Source: Histomonas meleagridis 2922-C6/04-290x | Taxonomy: Eukaryota > Protista > Parabasalia | Assembly (NCBI GenBank): GCA_020184695.1 | Contig: JAANOX010000191.1 | Span: 1 to 64,000 of the forward strand | Direction of reading: 5' to 3' | Length of the DNA stretch: 64,000 nucleotides | Part shown: positions 10,114 to 21,448 of the stretch, one piece after another | Position numbering within the stretch: the stretch's first letter is position 1 | Layout of the letters: every line of letters starts with the position of its first letter | The notes under the pieces: generated by a model | Told to the model about the DNA's origin: nothing | What the model saw: only the letters and a program-made list of their open reading frames with translations | Database searches by the model: none | Translations under genes and position numbers: made by a program

Positions 10114-11175
10114 ATGATCAATGTTATTGCAGTTGGTGATGACTCAGTTGGTAAGACATCCCTACTAATTGTCCTTAATAAAAAACCATTTAAAGAATTT
10201 AATACTCCAATACTTTATGATATTTATAAAGAAGAGATATTCTGTGAACAAGAAAAGTATGTACTTATAATTTGGGACACAAGCAATAGGGAAGACTATA
10301 AACTTCGTCAATTAGCTTATTTATGTGGAGGAAAACATGTTTTCCTTCTTTGTTTTTCTCTTAATTCGAAAAAATCATTTGAAAGTATCACTAGAAGGTG
10401 GATTGAAGATGTTGAACCCTATTGTAAGCACTCAAAAATCATTCTTATTGGAACAAAATCAGATTTAAGAGAACCTGGAAATCCTGATCATGTTTCTGAT
10501 GAAGAAGCCATGCAACTGGTTTCTAATCAAAATTTTTGTTGTTACATCCCATGTTCTTCAAAAACAGGAGAAAACATTGATTCAATTTTTCCTTCTACTC
10601 TTAAATGCTTAAAGAAGTCACATCGTGGTAAGAAACGATTCAGATATTTTGGTTTTTTTTACGTTGGTTTATTCCTTTTGTATCTTATTTTATGTATTCT
10701 TCAATTTATCCACTCATTATTTATTCTTTCAAATGATAGGATAAAAATTTATTTTAAAGATAATATTTTATTCACCCTTTCCACTTATGTAAAATATGTA
10801 TCAATATCTGTGATTATATTTAGTCTATTTGTGATTTTAATTCCAATCGATATCGATTATTTCGAAATAAAAATGAACGTTTTTATTGGAGGAGCTTGTT
10901 TTTATATTTTACTTGCAATTGCTCAACTTGGAGTAGGTTTTTCGCTTTTTTTAATTTCAATAAAATCGGATGTTTGTAAACCTAATGACTTTGAAGTATG
11001 TGAAAATTTAAAGAAGGAATTCTTATCCCTTGGAATTCACTTATTGGTAACCTCATTAATCTATATTTATGAAACAAGAATGATAACAGTGCTGTACAGT
11101 GCTATTCTTTTTGCGTTGAACAAAATATTCTCTTTCTTCAAAAGAATAAAACCAGAATTTATGAAGATAACTTAA
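10114..11175 (+). CDS. Rho-family-like small GTPase fused to a C-terminal multi-pass membrane region
   Basis: G1 GDDSVGKT, G3 WDTSNRED (degenerate), VFLLCFS, G4 TKSDLR, G5 CSSK; followed by about four hydrophobic helices and no CAAX. Confidence 0.8.
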   Translation: MINVIAVGDDSVGKTSLLIVLNKKPFKEFNTPILYDIYKEEIFCEQEKYVLIIWDTSNREDYKLRQLAYLCGGKHVFLLCFSLNSKKSFESITRRWIEDVEPYCKHSKIILIGTKSDLREPGNPDHVSDEEAMQLVSNQNFCCYIPCSSKTGENIDSIFPSTLKCLKKSHRGKKRFRYFGFFYVGLFLLYLILCILQFIHSLFILSNDRIKIYFKDNILFTLSTYVKYVSISVIIFSLFVILIPIDIDYFEIKMNVFIGGACFYILLAIAQLGVGFSLFLISIKSDVCKPNDFEVCENLKKEFLSLGIHLLVTSLIYIYETRMITVLYSAILFALNKIFSFFKRIKPEFMKIT

Positions 11176-11624
11176 TATTAAATGTTAATAAAATATTCGT
11201 AAAACCTTTTTAAATTTGTTAATATCTTATAATAAGCATTAAGGAATTTATGTCCACATGGATACAATTACTCCCTTATGGAAACGTTTATTAGATTCAA
11301 CACTTTATGTTGCTTCTTTCTATTTCAATTGAACTCTTAAAGATACTATTATAATTTCTAATTTTTCTTTAATACAAAAATAGATAATTCCTTCTCAACA
11401 ATAATTTCATTCTCTTATTAACTTTTTTTAAAAAATTTTATACAATTTCCAATTTTTCCAATTAAACGATATAAGATAAAATTATGTTATAAAACACAAA
11501 TATAAATAATTTTTAAAAAACAATTTAATAATATGCTTTTTAACTGAATTCTTATTTTTATATATTTTTTGTAATTTCTTACAATAAAATAAATGTAAAT
11601 TTAATTCAAAAAATAATTAAATTT

Positions 11625-12389
11625 TTAATAACTTGCGCATTGCCTAACGAGTTCTGCAATTGCATCTTTATCAAATTTATCGTTTCTTGCCGATTTGCTT
11701 TGGAAGTATTTTCCTGTTACGCCTTCGACTTCGTTGGAAATTGCAACATAAGTCGGGGTTTCTGCGCCCTGTTCAGGTGTTTCATATCCTCCGAAGCCGA
11801 GATCATTAGATAGTTTCGAATTGACGTCGCCAGGATGACATGAGTTGACAGCAATGCCTTTCTCGCGAAGTGTTTCAGCAAAATATATTGTGAGCATGCG
11901 TTCACATTGTTTTGATTGACGATACGCTGTGTCATTATCATATTGACGACGCTTAAATTCAAGGTCTGTAAGGTCAAGATCTCCTGCCCAATATGAAGCT
12001 ACGTTAACAATGCGAGAATTTGGTTTCATAAATGGTGCGAATTCATTAATCATCCAATAATAACCAAGAACATTAGTGGCAAACTGTTTTTCAATTCCTG
12101 TATTGGTTTCTTCCCGTTTACGTGGCGTTTGAGAAGCAACATTCATAAGAAGATCCAAAGGTTCCTTCCAGTTTTGAGCAAGCTGTTTAATAGATTGGTG
12201 GTCAGATAAGTCGAGTGATATAAAATTGATTTGTGCTTTAGGGATTTGCTTGAGAATATTATTGATAGCTAATTCACCATTTCGAGCATCACGTGAAATG
12301 ATGGTAACAATATATGCCGCGCTGACAAGGTTTTTAACAATTGCAGTTCCAATCGCTCCTGCTCCGCCTGTAACAATCGCTCTTTTCAT
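11625..12389 (-). CDS. Short-chain dehydrogenase/reductase (retinol-dehydrogenase-like)
   Basis: Rossmann TGGAGAIG, VNVAS, catalytic YRQSK (YxxxK), HPGDV; start taken at MKRAIVTG. Confidence 0.9.
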   Translation of the reverse strand: MKRAIVTGGAGAIGTAIVKNLVSAAYIVTIISRDARNGELAINNILKQIPKAQINFISLDLSDHQSIKQLAQNWKEPLDLLMNVASQTPRKREETNTGIEKQFATNVLGYYWMINEFAPFMKPNSRIVNVASYWAGDLDLTDLEFKRRQYDNDTAYRQSKQCERMLTIYFAETLREKGIAVNSCHPGDVNSKLSNDLGFGGYETPEQGAETPTYVAISNEVEGVTGKYFQSKSARNDKFDKDAIAELVRQCASY

Positions 12390-13589
12390 GGTGATTAAGG
12401 GTTTGTAAGATAAATAAATTTCACAATTATACACATAAACTATTCAAAAATAATTCTCGTTCAATTTTCATTTAGGTTTTTTTAGGGGTAAAAATCAATA
12501 TATTTTCCTAAAAATAAAACAAAAATTTTGAAAATAGCATCGATGAAATTTAATTGTTGTATCACCTTTTGATGTTATTGGGAATATTACTAAAAAAAAA
12601 TATTTGATGGTCATCCAAAAGAACATTCATATGAGTGTGATTTTACTATTTATTCAGCTTATATGATCAGTTCGATAATTATTCGAAAATAGATCGAAAA
12701 GTTATCTATTGTTTTTATCAATTTTAATTGTATATAAAACTTCAATAATATGATGTATAAATAGAAATATTATGGGAGAATTAATTCGCTTTGGAAAGAA
12801 TGAATTTGTTGTAATTCGATTGACATAATTTATATACATTACTATATAGTGATCAATTTTATTTCTATAAACTAATATTAAACTTTTATAATGCTAACAA
12901 ATATTTTCTCTTTTTCCACATCTTCTTGGACATGTTGAATTAGGGCTGATATTTCATGTACAAAACTATTATCTCTGTAAGAATGACTTATTATTACTAT
13001 ATCTAAATATTGAAGTATGGAAACCTTTGCTCCTTCCAAAATCATCTTTTCCATCATAACTCTAAAGCATTAAATTTCCTATTTGAAGATGCACAGAGGT
13101 AATTGATTAAGATTTAAAATGAAAAATATTATATCTTTCATTTTCATCAACAGCAGTTTTACTGTGCAATTTAACATTGATGTTTTTGTAGAATAACACA
13201 TTATATTTATAGAATCAAAATTGCAGCCAAGTACAATAAATCCGAATTCAAATTGAACGCCGTCTGAATAATTATTCTGAACAATTGTTGTTATATAGGA
13301 ATGTGTAATGCTTCAGGTCGAAAAATTTTTCACACAGAAGTGGAAGTGCTCATATTACAATAATGGGAAGTTTGGCAAAATGATCGAAAGTTGGATTTCA
13401 CTCAAGAAATCTATTTCATTTGATGAATTAAATAATATGTTTGATGAAAACAACAATGTAACAAGGACAATGTGCTTTTATTTTAACAAGATTCTTAAAT
13501 TTAAGATTATTTATCCTAAAATTTTAGGGATCTAACTATTTGTACCAAGTTAGCAAAATTTCATGAAATACATTAAATGAAACCAAGCA

Positions 13590-13917
13590 AAAATCACTTT
13601 GTTTTTACAAAAATCACAAGAAAATCAATATTTAATGCATTATCTCAATTTTATTCATTAATCGAACAGAAGACATAGCACCTATTCTTGTCAGGAATAA
13701 AAAAGATCTTTCTGAAGAAGAATATCAATGTGATAAGGATGAAATCAATGAATTTGCCAAGAAAATCGGAGCCAAATTTTATATCGAAACATCAGCAAAG
13801 ACAGGTGAGAATATTGTCGAGATGTACCGTAAAGTTGTTGAACTTGATGGATTAAGTTATGAACCCGAAACGACTGAACCCGTCGAAGCAAATGAGCAAA
13901 GTAAAAGAAAAAAGTAA
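13590..13917 (+). pseudogene. Small GTPase (Ras/Rab-like) C-terminal half
   Basis: PILVRNKKDL (G4), YIETSAKTGENI (G5) and basic tail KRKK; frameshifted upstream, no G1. Confidence 0.65.
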
Positions 13918-14384
13918 ACATTATAAACTGAGCAAATTCTGTTGTAATTTGTTAAGAATTTTCTCATCATTATATTAATACAAAATTCCTTGTTAGAAAT
14001 AGATCTATACATCAAATATCACATCTATCAAATCACAAATTCTAACAAATTTTCTGTGATGACCTGTTTTTTATCAACCTGAGCGTTGCTTTTACTTGTG
14101 CTACCTTTTGTATCAATTCTAAGTGATTCTGGATCATATGCTGAACCAGATTCCATTAATTGTAAACGGTATTTATTGAACTACATGGAGACGTATAGAG
14201 TCTCATATTATTGTTATGAAGAAATCTTTTGAAAATTGTTGAGTTGGAACTATTCTTTCCATGAAAAAATAGGGAGAGTTCAAAATACTTTACCGCTGTG
14301 TATCGTATGCCATTTTTTTTTTTTTGTACTGACAATTGTATTTTCTCACAAATATTTCGGACAGAGTTTTGAACCATTTTTTTA

Positions 14385-17300
14385 TTGATGGAACTTTCGA
14401 AATTATTAGAATCAACTGTCTTCAATCTCAACGAAAAAAATTTCGATCAATCAGTTCAAGCAATAATTAATTTATTTGTAGATAGGCTGCCATATACATT
14501 TAACTATCTTGTTTCTAGACTTATCTATTCAGCTTTTGTTTCTCAATCAAATAATGAAAATATATACATTAAATATTTATTAACTTTAAAAGAAAAAGAA
14601 GATGAAAAAGTCAAAAACAAAAGTGGAACTGAAGTTAATCTTGTTCAAATCTTTTATGAATATTTACTGAGAATAGAAAAGCAAGAATCATATTTCCTTC
14701 TTGAAAAGATGATCGAAGAAGAAATAATTGAACCATCTTCAGTAAAGAACATGAGCACATTATATTTTTCTCAATATAAAACAAATGAAGAAATAAACAA
14801 ACTAAAGAACAAATATCCAAGACCAAAATTCTTTGAAGAATTCCTCTCATCACTTGTTGAATTATCAAAAGATGATTGGAAATTTCATATGCAATATGTA
14901 AAAGAAGGAGTTAATCCATTAGAAATTGCGAAAGTACTTCGAAATGATGATTTAGAAAAGCTTCAAGAAATATCATCACATAATGAATTTGACTTTAATC
15001 AAATAATTAAGCCATCACTTTATGAAAGATGTTCATTTATTAATACTGAAAATGTTACATTAATTGATTATTGTGCATTTTTTGGTTCGATTAAATGTTT
15101 TAAATATTTGTTATTAAATAATTCGAATATCAAAAATACATCTAAATATGCAATTGCAGGTGGAAACTTAGAAATTATTTATTTATGTGAACAAAATAAT
15201 TCATCATTTACAGAAGCATATGAAACAGCAATAGAATTTCATCAAAATGAAATTTTTCATTATCTTTATGAAAATAAAATTGGAAAATTTTCATCTTCAA
15301 ACTCTTCTTTTACAAAATCGAATTCTGATTTCGAAAATCAAGATAATTATAATTTAAGTGAAGAAAATTTAATATATCTTGGGAAAAATGTGTAGAATTT
15401 AATAATTATGAAATCTTCACGTTTTTAGAAAAAGAAGGAATGAAAATAAATAATGAAATTATAGAAGAAATAGCATCAAAAGGAAATACATTCATAATAG
15501 AAAGTGATATAGAAAGTCAACAAATTCCAAAAACAATTTTACCATATTCAGTTAAATCAGGAAATATAGAAATAGTAAAATTACTTTTAGATAAAGAAGG
15601 AATTGATGTTAATGCAAAAAATATTCATTTGAATAATTTGGAATATGTTTTAATAATTTGGAATAAGTTTTAATAATTTGAAACAGCACTTCATATATCA
15701 GTTAGAAATAATAATATAGAAATAGTAAAATTACTTTTAGATAAAGGAATTGATGTTAATACAAAAAATATTCATTTGAATAATTTGGAATATGTTTTAA
15801 TAATTTATAATATGTTTTAATAATTTAGAATATGTTTTAATCATTTGAAACATCACTTCATATAGCAGTTAAAAATAATAATATAGAAATAGTAAAATTA
15901 CTTTTAGATAAAGGAATTGATGTTAATGCAAAATATATTCATTTGAATAATTTTATATATGTTTTAATCATTTGAAACATCACTTCATATATCAGTTAGA
16001 AATAATAATATAGAAATAGTAAAATTACTTTTAGATAAAGGAATTGATGTTAATGTAAAAAATATTCATTTCAATAATTTTATATATGTTTTAATAATTT
16101 AGAATATGTTTTAATAATTTATAATATGTTTTAATAATTTAGAATATGTTTTAATCATTTGAAACAGCACTTCATATATCAGTTAGAAATAATAATATAG
16201 AAATCGTAAAATTACTTTTAGATAAAGAAGGAATTGATGTTAATGCAAAAAATATTCATTTGAATAATTTGGAATATGTTTTAATAATTTATGATATGTT
16301 TTAATAATTTGGAATATGTTTTAATCGTTTATGATATGTTTTAATAATTTATGATATGTTTTAATAATTTGATATATGTTTTAATAATTTGAAATATGTT
16401 TTAATAATTTGGAATATGTTTTAATAATTTGAAATATGTTTTAATCATTTGAAACATCACTTCATATAGCAGTTAAGAATAATAATATAGAAATCGTAAA
16501 ATTACTTTTAGATAAAGGAATTGATGTTAATGTAAAAAATATTCATTTCAATAATTTTATATATGTTTTTAATAATTTTATATATGTTTTAATAATTTGA
16601 AATATGTTTTAATCATTTGAAACAGCACTTCATATAGCAGTTAGAAATAATAATATAGAAATCGTAAAATTACTTTTAGATAAAGGAATTGATGTTAATG
16701 CAAAAAATATTCATTTCAATAATTTTATATATGTTTTAATAATTTGGAATATGTTTTAATAATTTGAAACATGTTTTAATCATTTGAAACATCACTTCAT
16801 ATAGCAGTTAAGAATAATAATATAGAAATCGTAAAATTACTTTTAGATAAAGGAATTGATGTTAATGTAAAAAATATTCATTTCAATAATTTTATATATG
16901 TTTTAATAATTTGGAATATGTTTTAATCATTTGAAACATCACTTCATATATCAGTTAGAAATAATAATATAGAAATAGTAAAATTACTTTTAGATAAAGG
17001 AATTGATGTTAATGCAAAATATATTCATTTGAATAATTTGGAATATGTTTTAATAATTTGAAACATGTTTTAATCATTTGAAACATCACTTCATATATCA
17101 GTTAGAAATAATAATATAGAAATAGTAAAATTACTTTTAGATAAAGGAATTGATGTTAATGCAAAAAATATTCATTTGAATAATTTGAAATATGTTTTAA
17201 TAATTTGAAACATGTTTTAATCATTTGAAACATCACTTCATATATCAGTTAGAAATAATAATATAGAAATAGTAAAATTACTTTTAGATAAAGGAATTGA

Positions 17301-18196
17301 TGTTAATGCAAAATATATTCATTTGAATAATTTTATATATGTTTTAATCATTTGAAACAGCACTTCATATATCAGTTAGAAATAATAATATAGAAATAGT
17401 AAAATTACTTTTAGATAAAGAAGGAATTGATGTTAATGCAAAAAATATTCATTTGAATAATTTGAAATATGTTTTAATAATTTGAAACATGTTTTAATCA
17501 TTTGAAACATCACTTCATATATCAGTTAAGAATAATAATATAGAAATCGTAAAATTACTTTTAGATAAAGGAATTGATGTTAATGTAAAAAATATTCATT
17601 TCAATAATTTTATATATGTTTTAATAATTTTATATATGTTTTAATAATTTGAAATATGTTTTAATCATTTGAAACAGCACTTCATATAGCAGTTAGAAAT
17701 AATAATATAGAAATCGTAAAATTACTTTTAGATAAAGGAATTGATGTTAATGCAAAATATATTCATTTGAATAATTTGGAATATGTTTTAATAATTTGAA
17801 ACATGTTTTAATCATTTGAAACATCACTTCATATATCAGTTAGAAATAATAATATAGAAATAGTAAAATTACTTTTAGATAAAGAAGGAATTGATGTTAA
17901 TGCAAAAAATATTCATTTGAATAATTTGAAATATGTTTTAATAATTTGAAACATGTTTTAATCATTTGAAACATCACTTCATATAGCAGTTAGAAATAAT
18001 AATATAGAAATAGTAAAATTACTTTTAGATAAAGGAATTGATGTTAAAAAAAATTTTTATTTGAATAATTTGTAATATGTTTTAATAAAATTTGACAATT
18101 CAAATCGCACAACAAAATGGTTACACAGATTCTATCAGATATTATATTATTAGATCACAGAAAAATAAAAACAAAAATATCAAAAAACTCAGCTGA
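14385..18196 (+). CDS. DUF3447-type ankyrin repeat protein, interrupted (locus 2): -1 frameshift at ~15385 and 16 spacers in the ankyrin array
   Basis: ORF 14385-15395 is paralogous to locus 1; restoring one A in GGGAAAAATG joins it to the 15440-15673 frame. Fifteen modules (E)T(A/S)LHI(S/A)V(R/K)NNNIEIVKLLLDK(E)GIDVN follow, then a cap TIQIAQQNGYTDSI..KKLS-TGA (18095-18196). Confidence 0.8.
15623..18094 (+). repeat. Array of 87/90-nt ankyrin modules separated by spacers built of 20-nt tandem units
   Basis: Spacer = ATTCATTT(G/C) + [AATAATTTnnnatATGTTTT]n + AAT(C/A)ATTTGAA; lengths in order 60,80,40,100,200,81,80,60,60,60,40,60,80,60,60, plus one degenerate spacer. Confidence 0.95.
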
Positions 18197-19471
18197 TTCA
18201 GCATTAGCTTCTTGGTATGAATTTTTTCTGTATGTGATGAATGGAACTTCCAGATTTGAAATGTATTGAATCTTTCGATGCCTGGATCAAAAATTCTTAT
18301 GATTTTAATATGATATTAGTACAAAGGCAGGGTTCATTAATACTTAAAGATGTTTTTATAAATTTAAAGCTGATGATTTATTTGTTATTGTCATAAATCT
18401 GAATAAATAATCAAATCCAATTTTTTTCTAATTTAAATGTATTTCGAAAATTATGGTTTTATTAATATATTCATTAGATCCATTATTAATAATTTGCTTT
18501 CAAGATCTTTATCAATTATTTCGAGCTACTATTGGGGTATCTTTATCCACTATAATAATTACATTAATTTCATGAGTATTTTACCTGTTTTTGCTGTTGA
18601 TCAAAAAAAATATTTCTATGTGATTCACATATACAATAATACTATATATTTCAATATGATGCAAAATGTAAAATAATATTAATTTCCATATGATATTTCA
18701 TAAAAAATTCAAGTTTGCTTCTATCGGCACTTATCGTTCGACATAAACCATGCAAAAGTCGATTTTGTCACTTTTTTGAATGAAAAAATAAATTTATCTT
18801 GTGCTAATCATGATATTATTCTTAGATTTATATTGATCATAGATGCAACTATGTATATATTTTATATATTCATGATATCAAGATCGTAGGATTGTCGCTA
18901 TACGTTCGTGCAAAATCGCAAGTCAAGTTTCATACTATATATTATTAATAGAATCGCTTTTTTGATCGCAATTCCGACACAAATTTTATTTCCATGTACT
19001 AATTCTCTTAATATATTTTTCAAAATTATTTCAAGCCGGTAGAATGTATCTAAATATTTCAACATTGATTTTGAAATCGAGGTTTCCAATAATCATTTTT
19101 CAAGGCGTTAAATTAGCATATAGATACTATTAATATGTTTTGCTCTTGCTGGTTGATACCCATCGAATGAAATTATTTATTTTAGTATTTTTACAATATA
19201 ATTCCAACTCAAAATGTTTAAACATTCACCCACTATATTTTACACACATACTATAAAATGCTCAAGAAACAACATTGAATTTATTTAGAAATTATCGATC
19301 ATTTTTCAACACTCATCATCACATATTCAATAATTTATTTTACACATCAACCGAAAGTCAATATTTGAAAGAAAATAGATATTTGAATGGGGTTGTGAAC
19401 TCAGAATTTCATTATCGTTTTATCCAAAATATTTGAACGTCGTTCCGTTTGAAATATCAGCAGCTTGAATT

Positions 19472-20729
19472 ATGTCGATGAAGCAAAATGAACAAATTCA
19501 ATCGAACGAAGAAAACAAATGTTTGGTGAATTTTTCGCTCTCTGCAAGTGGATTGAAAAGAATAAATTCTGAAAACTATGAAAATAATTTCAAGATCATT
19601 TTTCAAAATGGAAAATTATTAAGAGTACCTGACTTTCTTGCTGAATTTCTTACTTTTATTATTTCGAAAATGAAAGCTGAAAATCCAAAAGTAAATGAAT
19701 TAAGAGTTGATGCAGATGTTACTCAAGATGCAATGAGACAATTAGAAATGTTGCTTCATGGTCAATCTATAAGTATCACTGATTTAAAAGATTTTTTCGT
19801 TAACATGTCTATTAAATCTGAAAATCCAGAACCTATTGAAAAATTACCATTTGAGATAATAACAAAAATTTAATCGAACTTTTAAATATTAAAATGAAAT
19901 TAGGATAAAATGTAAGTAAAGAAGTTGAATATGGATGAATTCATTTTGGACAAATTAAACAACAAAATTTCGCTTTAGAACAATTCATGTTATTTTTAGG
20001 TTGCGATAAACTTAAACTTAAAAACGAGAAATCATTACTTGATTTCATAGAAGAAAAAATTAAGCAAAATACAGAATATTTTGTTTTATTAAAATTTGTT
20101 CGTAATGAATTTTTAGATGAAGCAAACTCAAACAAACTTAATTCCATTGTTAATTCACATTCTCCAGAAAAAATCAGTATTTTAAAGAAACCATCTGAAG
20201 AAGAATTAGCTAAAAGATATTTGACTGTTGATTGTAAATATGATGGAACGAATAAATTTAATGGAATTCTTAAACATCTTATTGATGCAAGCGCTGAAAA
20301 TATTATATCTAATGGAACAATAGAAATAACTGCATCCTCATATTCAATCAAAGATAAAAATTCCATTGCATGTATTTTACAAGAAGATGGAGATTTCACG
20401 ACTATTGATAAGAAAAATGGGTTTATTTTATTTGATTTCAAGGATAAAAGTGTTAATCTTACTGGATATTCTATGAAGTCTACTTCAGTTAAAGGTGGAT
20501 ATTGCTTCCTTAAAAATTGGGTATTAGTATCAAATGATCAAACTAATTGGACACTACTTGATGAAAGAAATGAAGATAAAACACTTGATGGATATTTTAA
20601 CGAAGGGTTATTTGAAATCAAAGAAAATAAAGGAAACTTCCGCTACGTAAGACTAACTCAAATTGGCCAGAATTGGTCAATTATCTTGGTATGAGAAGAA
20701 TGGAATTTTTTGGAAGACTTTGGGGATGA
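19472..20729 (+). pseudogene. Disrupted BTB-like / F5-8 type C (discoidin-like) domain gene
   Basis: N-terminal ENNFKIIFQNG..VPDFLAEFL.. and C-terminal FILFDFKDKSVNLTGYSMKS..LKNWV..SND..NWTLLDER..FRYVRLTQIG..MEFFGRL; several stops and frameshifts (19873-19987, ~20680). Confidence 0.65.
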
Positions 20730-21448
20730 AATGATATCATTAATCATTAAAATAAACACTAAAAAATAATTTAAAATAACTTTTTTTTGAATGATTTTAT
20801 ATATAATTTATATTTCACGATGAGTGCAATATTGTAAATGAATATAAAGACACCTTGAAAAAATGTTTACCTCAAGTCCCATTAAATCACAGACTGCAGT
20901 TAAATTTTATGATTATATTTTACATTTATTATGAAACTTGGGATCCATATTATATTCTTTTTTATATGTTATTTAAAAGCTTTTATGAAGATATTCATAT
21001 CAAGGTGGACAGTTTTTCACAGCGTCTTTATGACAAAATAAATGAATTAATAATTCTTAATATCATATTAGAAGGAAGAGAATTCTTTAACATGATATAA
21101 TCATTCTTTGGAAGATAAAACATCGAAACAAAAAGAAAGAAAAACTTTCCGATTTGTAACCAACTCCACAATTATTTAGCATTGGAAATACTTTTTTTAT
21201 GCAATTCAATTCATGACAATTATCCAAACCAAAAAGTTCAAACACTTTGTCGCAAACAAAGATATAACTAACAAAACTATGCATAAAATATCGCATTATT
21301 TTTCACGCACAAATTTTTCTTCTTCAACTTATCAATGCATTTTGAGTTTATTCAATGTTTTCTTTTTCTCTATTTCGTTTTGTTATACAATGAATTGACA
21401 ATCCATAATGAGGAGACAAAAGTATATAAAATTTTTACTTAAAAATAA

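Noticed and set aside
15623-17970. Spacers as AT-AC (minor spliceosome) introns
   Set aside because: No ATATCC 5-prime site, and AT..AC joins do not restore the frame.
15623-18094. CRISPR array
   Set aside because: The constant part is protein-coding ankyrin sequence, the variable parts are tandem 20-mers rather than unique spacers, the context is eukaryotic and there are no cas genes.
15623-18094. Stop-codon reassignment or simple read-through
   Set aside because: Many spacers shift the frame, and ordinary genes in the window end at TAA/TGA.
18200-19400. Possible degraded gene(s) between locus 2 and the BTB-like pseudogene
   Set aside because: Coding-like patches exist, but no motif could be recognised with confidence.
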